Positions 20,076-29,437 of a stretch of 64,000 bases of DNA are shown here, piece after piece. Source of the DNA: an uncultured Gemmatimonadales bacterium (lineage in GTDB: Bacteria; Gemmatimonadota; Gemmatimonadetes; Gemmatimonadales; GWC2-71-9); the NCBI GenBank assembly GCA_963748815.1, contig CAVVKJ010000005.1:1-64000 (forward strand). Reading direction: 5' to 3'. The notes below the pieces were generated by a model, which was given only the letters and a program-made list of their open reading frames with translations, searched no databases and was not told the DNA's origin. The stretch's first letter is position 1, and the number at the start of each line of letters is the position of its first letter. A program made the position numbers and the translations under genes.

Positions 20076-21299
20076 ATGACCGAGGCGCCTGTCCTCTTCA
20101 CCGTGTATCCCGGGGACTGCGACACCTACGGGCACCTCAACCAGGCGTCCTTCCTCGCCTATTTCGAGCGGGCGCGGTGGCAGATGCTCGCCGCCGGTCC
20201 TGGCATGGATCTCTTCGAGCGCGCCGGTGTCTGGCCGGCCGTCCGGCGGGCGGTCGTCGAGTATCACGCCCCCGCCTATCCCGGTCAGGCGCTCCGCTTC
20301 CAGCTGGCCGTCACCCGGCTCGGTCGGACGAGCTTCACGATGCGGCAGGTCGCGCGCCGCGAGGCCGATGACGTGCTCATCGCCACCGCCGAGTCGGTCT
20401 TCGTCTGCATCGACCGCAAGGGCTCGGCGGTCCCGATCCCGCCCCCCGTCAGGGAATTCCTCCTCCCCGCCCTTCCGTCGGCGACCGCCTCGCAGCGTCG
20501 CATCGCCGTCCACGGAGTGGAACTGGCTCTCGACGACCGCGGCAGCGGGCCGGCGCTGCTCTTCGTCCACGGATATCCCCTGGACGGCACCCTCTGGCGG
20601 CATCAGGCGGGCGCCTTCCCTGGATGGCGGACCCTGGTGCCCGACCTCCGCGGGCTGGGACGTTCTGACGCGCCGGATCTCGGCTACAGCATGGCCACCT
20701 ACGTCGACGATCTGGTCGCCCTGCTCGACGCCATCGGCGTCGACGACGTGGTGTTGGTGGGGTTGTCGATGGGAGGCTACGTCGCATTCGAGTTCCTCCG
20801 CCGTCATCGGCCTCGGGTGCGAGGCCTGGCGCTTGTCGACACGCGAGCCCAGGCCGACAGCGCGGAGGGGCGCCGCGCCCGGGAGACCGCCATGGCCGAT
20901 GCCCGTGAGGGCGGGGCGCCGCTCATCGCCGACCAGATGTTGCCGAAACTCCTTGCGACGGGCGCTCCGGAGCCGCTGCGCGAGGCGGTGCGGTCCATGA
21001 TGGCGGCCAATCCGGTGCCGGGGATTGTCGGCGCGCTCGCCGCCATGCGCGATCGTCCCGATGCAACGGAACTGCTCCCCTCGCTCGGCGGCTTGCCCAC
21101 GCTCGTGGTGGTCGGTGGGGAGGACGTCATCACCCCTCCGGCGACGGCGGAGGCGATGGCCAAGTCGATTCCCGGAGCGAGATTGGCGCTGATCCCGGGG
21201 GCCGGGCACCTGTCTCCCCTGGAGCAGCCGGAGGTGTTCAACCGGCACCTTCAGATGCTGCTGGACCAGGTGGGCGGGAGTGGCGGGCCGGGAAGGTGA
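20076..21299 (+). CDS. Fusion of a hotdog acyl-CoA thioesterase and an alpha/beta hydrolase
   Basis: N-terminal DCDTYGHLNQASFLAYFERAR (4HBT-like); C-terminal HGYPLD, DLRGLGRS, GLSMGG, GEDVIT, GAGHL. Confidence 0.88.
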   Translation: MTEAPVLFTVYPGDCDTYGHLNQASFLAYFERARWQMLAAGPGMDLFERAGVWPAVRRAVVEYHAPAYPGQALRFQLAVTRLGRTSFTMRQVARREADDVLIATAESVFVCIDRKGSAVPIPPPVREFLLPALPSATASQRRIAVHGVELALDDRGSGPALLFVHGYPLDGTLWRHQAGAFPGWRTLVPDLRGLGRSDAPDLGYSMATYVDDLVALLDAIGVDDVVLVGLSMGGYVAFEFLRRHRPRVRGLALVDTRAQADSAEGRRARETAMADAREGGAPLIADQMLPKLLATGAPEPLREAVRSMMAANPVPGIVGALAAMRDRPDATELLPSLGGLPTLVVVGGEDVITPPATAEAMAKSIPGARLALIPGAGHLSPLEQPEVFNRHLQMLLDQVGGSGGPGR

Positions 21300-21334
21300 A
21301 ACCTTTTGGCCCTCTCAGGTGTCTTATCTAGTGA

Positions 21335-21527
21335 GGCGCCGGTTCGGCTGGTATCACGCCGGCCTCCGACGTTTCAGTAATCCTTCCAACTACGGCTCCG
21401 GGACCGCGGCCAGGCAGTACGGTTCCGGGGCCGCCTCGCGTCCAGCCCCCAACCACTTTATCCGCGCGTCGCACCGACTCGCCCTTGCCTGCCACTGGGT
21501 GCCGGGCGAACCTTTGGGTTCGGCACC
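21335..21527 (+). ncRNA. Candidate structured non-coding RNA (rod with central bubble, 6S-like)
   Basis: Long-range stem GGTTCGGCTGGTATC/GGTGCCGGGCGAACC, short CGACG/CGTCG pairing, 14-bp apical stem CGGCTCCGGGACCG/CGGTTCCGGGGCCG. Five G-U pairs work only on the + strand. Lies in a 286-nt gap between convergent genes. Confidence 0.5.
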
Positions 21528-21532
21528 GTACA

Positions 21533-21563
21533 CAGAAACGGCGCCACCTTCCGGGCGGCGCCG
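21533..21563 (-). terminator. Intrinsic terminator of the ferredoxin gene
   Basis: Minus strand: CGGCGCCGCC-CGGAA-GGTGGCGCCG followed by TTTCTG. Confidence 0.7.
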
Positions 21564-21585
21564 CGTCGTTCATCCGGCGGTTGGG

Positions 21586-21849
21586 TTAGCGGTCGGGCCG
21601 GCCGGGCGGATTGTCGCCCTCGAATACTTCCTTGTTCTTCTCGATGAATGCGGTGTACTGCGGCGGAACGTCCTCTTCCGGGAAGATCGCGGTGACCGGG
21701 CACTCCGGTTCGCAGGCGCCACAATCGATGCACTCGTCCGCGTTGATGTAGAGCTGGTCTTCGCCTTCGTAGATGCAATCCACCGGGCAAACGTCGACGC
21801 ATGCCCGATCCTTGACACCGATGCAGGGTTCCGTGATCACGTACGTCAT
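21586..21849 (-). CDS. Ferredoxin (FdxA / 7Fe-8Fe dicluster family)
   Basis: [26 protein letters not shown]...[14 protein letters not shown]. Confidence 0.95.
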   Translation of the reverse strand: MTYVITEPCIGVKDRACVDVCPVDCIYEGEDQLYINADECIDCGACEPECPVTAIFPEEDVPPQYTAFIEKNKEVFEGDNPPGRPDR

Positions 21850-21892
21850 CTTGCCAGCCGCTCCCTCGGGAAGATGGTCCGCCGCACAGGGG

Positions 21893-24019
21893 GTGCGGCG
21901 TGTCCTGCGGCAAGTATTGCGGACTCCCTTCCCGCGGCGCAAGGGGTGGGTCGTCGCGACCTTCGCCGTGCTGGCGGCGGCCGCGGTGCCGCTGGCGGCA
22001 CAGGCCCCCACCTGCACCGCCGGTCGGACCGCGCTCGTCCTCTCCGGCGGCGGAGCCAAGGGAGTCGCTCATCTCGGGGTCATCGCCGCCCTCGACAGCC
22101 TGGGCGTGCGGCCGGACTACGTGGTCGGCACCAGCATGGGTGCGATCATCGGCGCGCTCTACGCCGGCGGCGCTTCATCGCGCGAGGCCGACTCGCTTGC
22201 AGCCGTCTACAGCCCGACCATGCTGTTTGGTTCATCGACTCCGGGCGGCCCGCGCTCCTGGCAGCCGTTTTCCCCGCTCCTGACCTGGGCGGTGGGGACG
22301 AAGGGGTTCACCCTCCAGAGTCCAACCGTCAACGAGGCCGACGCCAACGCCCTCATTTCGGCGCTGCTCCTGCGGCCCAACTTGCTGGCCCAAGGCGATT
22401 TCGACCGGCTGCCAATCCCGTTCCGCGCCGTGGCGACGGACCTCGTCACTCGCGATCCCGTCGTGCTCGCTTCCGGCGACCTGGCGCAGGCGGTTCGCGC
22501 GAGCATGTCGGTTCCCCTCGTCTTTCCCCCGGAGGAGATCGACGGTCGCCTCCTCATCGATGGCGGACTTTCCGCCAACGTCCCGGTCGCGATTGCGCGT
22601 GCGCTACCCGGCGTCACCCGGGTGATCGTGTCCGATGTCTCCTCCCAGCTGCTCACGGCGGAGGAGCTCGGCGCCGGTCCCCTCGCGGTGGCCGACCAGC
22701 TCGCCGGCTTTCTTTTCGTCCAGCCGGCGGATTCGCTGGGTCCCGACGACATCCACGTTCGTCCGGAGCTCAAGCAGTTCAAGAATCTCGACTTTGCGCC
22801 TGCGACGATGGACTCGATCTGGCGGCGCGGTCGCCGGGCCGCCGATTCGGCGCTTGCCGTTGCCGTCTGCCTCCCGACGGGACCTGCTCCATCCGGCACG
22901 CTGCCCCGTGCGGTCGCCAGTTTCACCCTGAGCGGCGGGGCGCCGACCGACGCCACCCTGCTCCAGCGATACCTCGGGCTCTTTCCCGGCTCGCCGATCG
23001 ACGCCGCGGCGCTCGCGCGCCAGGTCAATGGGGTGAGCCGGCTGGGGGCCTATACCGACGTCTGGCTGCACCCGACCCCGGCTTCGCGGGATCGGGTGGC
23101 GTTTCGTGCCACCGTGGTGCCCGCGCCTGCCAAGCTCGTCGGGGTGGCGGTGGCCTACGACCGGGACCTCGGGGCCAGGGCCGGGATGATGTATCTCGAC
23201 CGACGACTGGCCGGAGGGCCGGTCGAGTTGAGCGCGATGCTCGGTGTCGGGACCCTCACCAACGACGTCACGCTCGGCTTTCGCCGCTACTTCGGCGCGG
23301 GCCTCACCTGGCTGGCCCCCACCGCCACGATGCACCTCGAGAATCAGGCGATCAATTTCTACACCGATGACGGGATCGACGCAGGCAGCACCGACACTCG
23401 GCAGGGTGTGCTCTTCGCCGGTGTCGAGCAGGGGTTTTCGGCCGGCTGGGTGCTCGGGGTGGGGTTCGATGGCCGAAGCTGGAACGGCGGGGAGGTCCCG
23501 CTGGGAAGCACCGACTCGACCTCCGACGGTTCGAGCGCGGGGGTACGGTTCTTCGCCCGAGGGCTACAGGGCGCCTGGACAACGGACGCGGCCCTGGTCT
23601 GGTCGAACTCGTATCAACGAGCAGCGCTTGAGACTTCGTACCGATTCGCCTTCGGAAAATTGTCGCTGACCCCGATCGCCCGGCTTGGCTGGGGTGCCGA
23701 CCTGCCGCTCCAGGATCAGTTTCCACTTGGTGGTGCGGCGGGGTTTCCGGGGTTGTCTGTCGAGCAGCTCCGCGGCGACCGGGAGCTCTTTGGGGGCCTC
23801 GAGCTTTCGCATCCGATTCAGGGCTCGTTCCGGTGGGAAGTGCTGGGAGCGGTGGGACGGAGCGCCGATGGCGGTGATCTCTTCAGTGACAGCGACTGGC
23901 TGGGAGGTGTCCGCGCAGGAATCGCCGTGGACACGCCGGTGGGCGACGTGCGTGCCGCCTATGGCTTGACGACCACCGGAATCGACAACGTCTTCGTGCG
24001 GATCGGGCGCTGGTTCTAG
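21893..24019 (+). CDS. Patatin-like phospholipase with probable C-terminal outer-membrane beta-barrel (PlpD-like)
   Basis: [13 protein letters not shown] and DGG patatin motifs; signal peptide; amphipathic strands ending in FVRIGRWF. Confidence 0.88.
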   Translation: MRRVLRQVLRTPFPRRKGWVVATFAVLAAAAVPLAAQAPTCTAGRTALVLSGGGAKGVAHLGVIAALDSLGVRPDYVVGTSMGAIIGALYAGGASSREADSLAAVYSPTMLFGSSTPGGPRSWQPFSPLLTWAVGTKGFTLQSPTVNEADANALISALLLRPNLLAQGDFDRLPIPFRAVATDLVTRDPVVLASGDLAQAVRASMSVPLVFPPEEIDGRLLIDGGLSANVPVAIARALPGVTRVIVSDVSSQLLTAEELGAGPLAVADQLAGFLFVQPADSLGPDDIHVRPELKQFKNLDFAPATMDSIWRRGRRAADSALAVAVCLPTGPAPSGTLPRAVASFTLSGGAPTDATLLQRYLGLFPGSPIDAAALARQVNGVSRLGAYTDVWLHPTPASRDRVAFRATVVPAPAKLVGVAVAYDRDLGARAGMMYLDRRLAGGPVELSAMLGVGTLTNDVTLGFRRYFGAGLTWLAPTATMHLENQAINFYTDDGIDAGSTDTRQGVLFAGVEQGFSAGWVLGVGFDGRSWNGGEVPLGSTDSTSDGSSAGVRFFARGLQGAWTTDAALVWSNSYQRAALETSYRFAFGKLSLTPIARLGWGADLPLQDQFPLGGAAGFPGLSVEQLRGDRELFGGLELSHPIQGSFRWEVLGAVGRSADGGDLFSDSDWLGGVRAGIAVDTPVGDVRAAYGLTTTGIDNVFVRIGRWF

Positions 24020-24025
24020 CCCTGC

Positions 24026-24598
24026 TCAGATGAGTCCGGTGAGGGGCGTGGCATAGCTGGCGTGCCGGGGCTCCGGTTCGCCGTAGCGACCTTCCGCGGC
24101 GTGGAGCCGGTTCCACTCCTCGCGGAGGCAAAACGGGTCGAGTCCATGCGGACGATCGACCGCCAGCACGCCGTCGAGGTGCTCGATTTCGTGCTGCAGG
24201 AGCTCTGCCCGATCCCCTTCCAGGTCCACCTCGTGCGTCTCGCCCTTGATGTCCTGGTACTGCACCCGGATTCGGGAGGCGCGTGAGACCTGCACCATCA
24301 GGGTCGGGAAGGAAAAGCAGTCGTCCCAAACGGTGAAATCCTCGGTGCCGATGTCGATGATCTCCGGATTGATCAGCGCCCAGGGTTTGTCCATCTCCAC
24401 GTAGACCATCCGCACCGGGGCGCCAATCTGCGGCGCCGCGATGGCGCGTCCGCTCCCAAACCGGGACTGCCAGTCGCGCAGGGTCTCGCGCATGTCGTCG
24501 AGAATCACCCGGACCGCAGTCGACCGTGGCTTGGTGATGGGCTCGCAGCGGGCGCGGAGGATCGGGTCGCCGAGGAGGCGAATGCGATGGATGGTCAT
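24026..24598 (-). CDS. def: Peptide deformylase-family protein with divergent motifs
   Basis: IRLLGDPILR, AIAAPQIG, INPEI, DDCFS, QHEIEHLDG. Confidence 0.85.
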   Translation of the reverse strand: MTIHRIRLLGDPILRARCEPITKPRSTAVRVILDDMRETLRDWQSRFGSGRAIAAPQIGAPVRMVYVEMDKPWALINPEIIDIGTEDFTVWDDCFSFPTLMVQVSRASRIRVQYQDIKGETHEVDLEGDRAELLQHEIEHLDGVLAVDRPHGLDPFCLREEWNRLHAAEGRYGEPEPRHASYATPLTGLI

Positions 24599-24825
24599 GG
24601 CCTAAGATTGCATTCTAACGGGGTGGAAACAAGAGAGACTGGGAAGGTTGTGAGGTAGTGGTATATACAACTACGTACGTGGATGCGCGGCGCAGCATGG
24701 ACTTACTGTTCCTGGTTGGTGAGCGGGGGGGGCAGCGCGGGGAGCGGGTGAATATTGGGCGAATCGACTGGGGCGGGTGGTTGGTCCGCATCCAGGGCCG
24801 CCTCGTACCTGGTGGGTGCATTGAG

Positions 24826-24902
24826 GGGGTGGGCACCAATCCCGATCCCATAGCAATCGCATCCGTGGGCTCATCGACCGGGGTGGGCATATGCCCACCC
24901 CT
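24826..24902. repeat. REP-like composite ending in a perfect 22-bp palindrome
   Basis: GGGGTGGGCATATGCCCACCCC at 24880-24901; the unit is homologous to 34646-34725. Confidence 0.75.
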
Positions 24903-25004
24903 ATTCAAACGGGTTCGACCCAATGTGCCAGATGCCAAGGATCCCCGCGGTTAAGCAATTCCCTGTGGCTGCCCTTGACACCTTGACAGCCGTTCGCACC
25001 TTCG

Positions 25005-25069
25005 GCCCCGCTGCCCCGCTGCCGCTGCCCCGCTGCCCCGCTGCCCCGCTGCCCCGCTGCCCCGCTGCC
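25005..25069. repeat. Octamer tandem repeat (GCCCCGCT)n
   Basis: Seven full GCCCCGCT units, one 6-nt unit and a partial unit, read directly from the sequence. Confidence 0.95.
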
Positions 25070-25124
25070 ATAAGCCACTGTGATATATAAGATTACGAAT
25101 TCACACCAATAATGCCACGCGAAC

Positions 25125-25153
25125 TTGACAATCCCGAACACGGAACCTAGAAT
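25125..25153 (+). promoter_or_regulatory. Sigma70-type promoter of the sufR-suf operon
   Basis: TTGACA (25125-25130), 17-nt spacer, TAGAAT (25148-25153); the ATG follows 9 nt later. Confidence 0.85.
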
Positions 25154-25162
25154 TCCCTCCAT

Positions 25163-25867
25163 ATGGCCATACCGATCGCCCATCTTCGCGCATCCGCCGC
25201 CCTTCCGGTCGGCTACAAGGGGCCACGAGCATCCATTCTCGTGGAACTCAAGCTCGCCCCCGGCGTGACGGCCAAGGAGCTCGCGGGGCGTCTCGGACTC
25301 TCGCTGAACGCGATCCGGCATCACCTCAAGGAACTCGAGGTCGACGGGCTGCTGGAGCACGAGCGCGAGCAGCGGGGCGTTGGTGCGCCGGTGTTTGCCT
25401 ATCGGCTGTCGCCGGCCGGGGAGCAGGTCTTCCCGCGGCGGTACGAGTCGGCGCTGACCGACGTCCTCGAGACGCTGGTGGAGCGGGAGGGCCGTGAGGC
25501 GGTCGTGGGTGCCCTCGAGGCGCGGTACGCCGCACTCCTCCGGCGCCTGCCGGCCGACCTCGCGGAGCTGCCGTCCGAGCGACGCCTGGCTGCCGTCACC
25601 CGGCTGCTGAACGAGGACGGCTTCATGCCGGGGTGGGAGGGTTCGGCGGAGGGGGGCACCCTCACCGAACACAACTGCGCCATCCGCGCTGTCGCGGAGC
25701 GCTTTCCTGAAATCTGCGCCGCTGAAGAGCGGTTCCTGAGCGCCGCCCTCGGCGCCTCCGTCGACCTGCAGGCGCACGTCCTCGACGGCTGTGCCGCCTG
25801 CGAATACCAGGTGCAGTTCACCCCGCCGGTGTCCATCGGGATCACCCGGCCCCAGGGAGTCAATTGA
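25163..25867 (+). CDS. sufR: SufR-like HTH transcriptional regulator
   Basis: N-terminal HTH ([23 protein letters not shown]), FPRRY, C-terminal HNC...CAAE...CAAC Fe-S ligands; first gene of the suf operon. Confidence 0.85.
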   Translation: MAIPIAHLRASAALPVGYKGPRASILVELKLAPGVTAKELAGRLGLSLNAIRHHLKELEVDGLLEHEREQRGVGAPVFAYRLSPAGEQVFPRRYESALTDVLETLVEREGREAVVGALEARYAALLRRLPADLAELPSERRLAAVTRLLNEDGFMPGWEGSAEGGTLTEHNCAIRAVAERFPEICAAEERFLSAALGASVDLQAHVLDGCAACEYQVQFTPPVSIGITRPQGVN

Positions 25868-27303
25868 TGACCTCGCCCGTCGAATCCTACGTGCAGCAGG
25901 ACTACAAGTACGGCTTCGTGACCGACATCGAGGCTGATACCGTCCCGCGCGGCCTCAGCGAAGACACCATCCGGCTGATTTCCGCCAAGAAGGAAGAGCC
26001 GGCCTTTCTGCTGGAGTGGCGGCTGGCCGCCTACCGGCGCTGGCTCACGATGACGGAACCGCACTGGCCCAACGTGCAGTATCCGCCCATCGACTACCAG
26101 GACATCATCTACTACTCGGCGCCCAGGCAGGTGAAGCCGCTCGGCTCGCTCGACGAGGTCGATCCGGAGCTCCTCGCCACCTACGAAAAGCTCGGCATTT
26201 CGCTCTCCGAGCAGAAGCGGCTCTCCGGCGTGGCGGTGGACGCCATCTTCGACAGCGTCTCGGTGGCCACCACCTTCAAGGAGAAGCTGAAGGAGTCCGG
26301 CGTCATATTCTGCTCGTTCTCCGAGGCGGTCAAGGAACACCCCGAGCTCGTAAAGCAGTACCTGGGCAGCGTGGTGCCGGCGGGCGACAACTTTTTCGCC
26401 GCGCTCAACGCCGCGGTGTTCACCGACGGGTCGTTCGTGTTCATTCCGAAGGGCGTGACGTGCCCGATGGAGCTGTCCACGTACTTCCGCATCAACGCCG
26501 CCGACACCGGCCAGTTCGAGCGCACCCTCATCGTGGCCGAGGAAGGCGCCACCGTGAGCTATCTCGAGGGGTGCACCGCGCCCAAGCGGGACACCAACCA
26601 GTTGCACGCCGCGGTGGTCGAGTTGGTGGCGCTCGAGGGGGCCACCATCAAGTACAGCACGGTCCAGAACTGGTACGCGGGCGACAGCGAGGGTGTGGGG
26701 GGCATCTACAACTTCGTGACCAAGCGGGGGAAGTGCGCCGGCGCGCGCTCGCGCATCACCTGGACGCAGGTCGAGACGGGGTCGTCCATCACCTGGAAGT
26801 ATCCCAGCGTCATTCTCCAGGGCGACGACTCGATCGGCGAGTTCTACTCGGTGGCCGTGGTGAACAACCGCCAGCAGGCGGACACCGGCACCAAGATGAT
26901 CCACGTCGGGAAAAACACGAAGAGCACCATCATTTCCAAGGGCATCTCCGCCGGCCGCGGGCAGAACAGCTATCGCGGCCTGGTCAAGATGCTCCCCAAG
27001 GCCATCGGCGCCCGCAACTACACGCAGTGCGACTCGATGCTCATCGGGAACGCCTGCGGGGCCCACACCTTCCCGTATATCGACGTGCAGCATCCGAGCG
27101 CGTCGGTGGAGCACGAGGCGTCTACGTCGAAGATCGGCGAGGACCAGATTTTCTACTGCAAGCAGCGCGGCCTCGACACCGAGGACGCGATCTCGATGAT
27201 CGTCAACGGGTTCTGCAAGGACGTCTTCCAGAACCTGCCCATGGAATTCGCCGTCGAGGCGCAGAAGCTCCTCGGCATCAGCCTCGAAGGCAGCGTCGGC
27301 TGA
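25867..27303 (+). CDS. sufB: Fe-S cluster assembly protein SufB
   Basis: [59 protein letters not shown]. Confidence 0.98.
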   Translation: MTSPVESYVQQDYKYGFVTDIEADTVPRGLSEDTIRLISAKKEEPAFLLEWRLAAYRRWLTMTEPHWPNVQYPPIDYQDIIYYSAPRQVKPLGSLDEVDPELLATYEKLGISLSEQKRLSGVAVDAIFDSVSVATTFKEKLKESGVIFCSFSEAVKEHPELVKQYLGSVVPAGDNFFAALNAAVFTDGSFVFIPKGVTCPMELSTYFRINAADTGQFERTLIVAEEGATVSYLEGCTAPKRDTNQLHAAVVELVALEGATIKYSTVQNWYAGDSEGVGGIYNFVTKRGKCAGARSRITWTQVETGSSITWKYPSVILQGDDSIGEFYSVAVVNNRQQADTGTKMIHVGKNTKSTIISKGISAGRGQNSYRGLVKMLPKAIGARNYTQCDSMLIGNACGAHTFPYIDVQHPSASVEHEASTSKIGEDQIFYCKQRGLDTEDAISMIVNGFCKDVFQNLPMEFAVEAQKLLGISLEGSVG

Positions 27304-27348
27304 ATCACCGGCGCCCGCTCGGCGGGCGCCATTCGGGAGACCACGCAC

Positions 27349-28107
27349 GTGCTTGAAATCAAGAACCTGACCGCCACCGCCAGCGGCGTTGAAATCCTTC
27401 GCGGCATTTCCCTCACCGTCCACGCCGGCGAGGTCCACGCCATCATGGGCCCGAACGGCAGCGGCAAGAGCACGCTGGCGCAGGTGCTGGCGGGCCACCC
27501 CGCCTACGAAGTGACCGGCGGGTCCGTGACCTACAAGGGGCAGGATCTGCTCGACATGGAGCCGGAGGCGCGGGCGCAGGCCGGCGTTTTCCTGGCGTTC
27601 CAGTATCCGGTGGAAATCCCCGGCGTCACCAACGCCTATTTCCTGCGCGCCGCGTATAACGCCAAGCGGACGGCCGAGGGGAAGGAAGAGCTCGACCCGA
27701 TGGACTTCCTCGACCTGCTCGAGGAGAAGCTCAAGCTGGTCGAGTGGGGTCCCGAGATCATGAGCCGCGCGGTCAACGCCGGCTTCTCCGGCGGTGAAAA
27801 GAAGCGGAACGAGATCCTCCAGATGGCGGTGCTCGAGCCGTCGCTCGCGATCCTGGATGAAACCGACTCCGGGCTCGACATCGACGCGCTCAAGATCGTC
27901 GCCGAGGGGGTGAACTCCCTCCGGCGCGCTGACAGCGCCACCATCGTGGTGACGCACTACCAGCGGCTCCTGAACCACATCGTGCCCGACTACGTGCACG
28001 TCCTCGCCGGCGGGCGCATCGTCCGCTCGGGCGGCAAGGAGCTGGCCTTGGAGCTCGAGGAGCGCGGGTACGAGTGGCTTACCGAGGCGGCAGGAGCCGT
28101 CGCGTGA
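27349..28107 (+). CDS. sufC: Fe-S cluster assembly ATPase SufC
   Basis: GPNGSGKST, FQYPVEIPGV, FSGGEKKRNE, LDETDSGLDIDAL. Confidence 0.98.
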   Translation: MLEIKNLTATASGVEILRGISLTVHAGEVHAIMGPNGSGKSTLAQVLAGHPAYEVTGGSVTYKGQDLLDMEPEARAQAGVFLAFQYPVEIPGVTNAYFLRAAYNAKRTAEGKEELDPMDFLDLLEEKLKLVEWGPEIMSRAVNAGFSGGEKKRNEILQMAVLEPSLAILDETDSGLDIDALKIVAEGVNSLRRADSATIVVTHYQRLLNHIVPDYVHVLAGGRIVRSGGKELALELEERGYEWLTEAAGAVA

Positions 28108-29435
28108 CCGCCACCCGAACTCCCGTGGCCCCGTCGCCCCGCGTCACCGAACCGGGGTGGGTCGCGGAATGGCGGCGCGACGGCGCGGCCCGGTATGAAG
28201 GGTTGCGCCTCCCGACCACGCGTGACGAAGACTGGCGCTTTACCGACCTGTCGCCCATCACCAAGGCGGCCCTCGGCCCCGCCCGCGCCCCCGGGGTGCT
28301 GACCGACGCCGACATCGCCCCGTTCCTGTTCGGGCACGCCGAATGGCCGAGGCTCGTCTTTGCCAACGGTCGCTATCAGCCGTCGCTCTCGAAGGTGACG
28401 GCCCTGCCGAAGGGCGCCCGCGTCGGCCCGCTCGCCGAGCTCCTCGCTGACGCACCCGAACTGGTCAAGGGCACCCTTGGGGCCCTCGCCGTACAGCCGG
28501 CGGCCGCGGCAATCGTCGGCCAGAACGCCTCGGCGTTCCTCGACGGCTACGCCATTGTGCTGCCCGCCGGCGCCGTGGTCGACACCCCGATCCACGTGCT
28601 CTTCGTCTCCGACAGCCGCGCCGCGCAGGGCGCCGTATTTCCGCGCAACGTCGTGGTGCTGGGAGCCAACGCGGTCGCATCCGTCGTCGAGAGTTATGTG
28701 ACCCTCGCAGACCAGGTGGCCCTGACCAACACCGTCACCGAGGCCAGCCTGGCGGCCGGCGCGCGGTTCGACCACTGCAAGATCCAGCGGGAGAGCGCCC
28801 AGGCGTTCCACCTCGCCACCCTCGAAGTGCGCCAGGAGCGGGACAGCTACCTCAACTCGTTCTCCTTTGCGCAGGGCGCGGCGTTGTCGCGCACCAACAT
28901 CTACACCACGCTGGCGGGGCCGGGCGCCCACGCCACCCTCTACGGGCTGTACCTGGCCGAGGGGCGTCAGCACGTCGACCACCAGACCCGCATCGAGCAC
29001 GCCGCCCCCGACTGCACCAGCTGGGAGGTGTACAAGGGCATCCTCGATGGCCACGGCCACGGGGTGTTCAACGGCAAGGTGTATGTGCACCCGGAGGCGC
29101 AGAAGACAGACGGCAAGCAGACCAACAAGAACCTGCTGCTGTCCGAGACGGCCAAGGTGGACACCAAGCCGCAGCTCGAGATCTTCGCCGACGACGTGAA
29201 GTGCACCCACGGCGCCACGGTGGGCAGCCTCGACGCCGTGCCGCTCTTCTACTGCCGGAGCCGCGGGATCGCCGAGGCGGAGGCGCGGACCCTCCTGACC
29301 TACGCGTTCGCGGCGGATGTGCTGGAAGAAATCCGGAACCGGCCGGTGGTGGATCATCTCGAGGAGCTGATGCGTGGGTGGTTGTCGAAAGCGGGCAGGC
29401 GGGGAAGCGGGTCGGTGGGGAAGGAAGCGATCTGA
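28104..29435 (+). CDS. sufD: Fe-S cluster assembly protein SufD
   Basis: EDWRFTDL, VFNGKVYV, AQKTD, KPQLEIFADDVKCTHGATVG. Confidence 0.97.
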   Translation: MTATRTPVAPSPRVTEPGWVAEWRRDGAARYEGLRLPTTRDEDWRFTDLSPITKAALGPARAPGVLTDADIAPFLFGHAEWPRLVFANGRYQPSLSKVTALPKGARVGPLAELLADAPELVKGTLGALAVQPAAAAIVGQNASAFLDGYAIVLPAGAVVDTPIHVLFVSDSRAAQGAVFPRNVVVLGANAVASVVESYVTLADQVALTNTVTEASLAAGARFDHCKIQRESAQAFHLATLEVRQERDSYLNSFSFAQGAALSRTNIYTTLAGPGAHATLYGLYLAEGRQHVDHQTRIEHAAPDCTSWEVYKGILDGHGHGVFNGKVYVHPEAQKTDGKQTNKNLLLSETAKVDTKPQLEIFADDVKCTHGATVGSLDAVPLFYCRSRGIAEAEARTLLTYAFAADVLEEIRNRPVVDHLEELMRGWLSKAGRRGSGSVGKEAI

Positions 29436-29437
29436 CC

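Noticed and set aside
21481..21500. GCCACTG suggesting a cobalamin riboswitch
   Set aside because: The other B12-box elements are missing and there is no downstream gene on that strand.
21280..23370. 696-aa ORF containing a YGSGxA repeat
   Set aside because: It overlaps the ferredoxin antisense and the patatin gene off-frame; the peptide repeat comes from the two arms of the RNA stem.
24905..24925. GGGTTCGACCC resembling a tRNA T-arm
   Set aside because: No cloverleaf can be built around it.
24615..24954. ORFs of 75-107 aa in the def-sufR gap
   Set aside because: Atypical codon usage, built from repeats, no convincing RBS or motifs.
25005..25069. Possible CRISPR array
   Set aside because: Spacer-less 8-bp tandem repeat; no cas genes and no repeat-spacer structure seen anywhere in the window.
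25399..27999. Long antisense ORFs (866 aa here; also 3523..5466, 49862..52150, 54138..56324)
   Set aside because: Typical stop-poor shadow frames opposite real genes in high-GC DNA.
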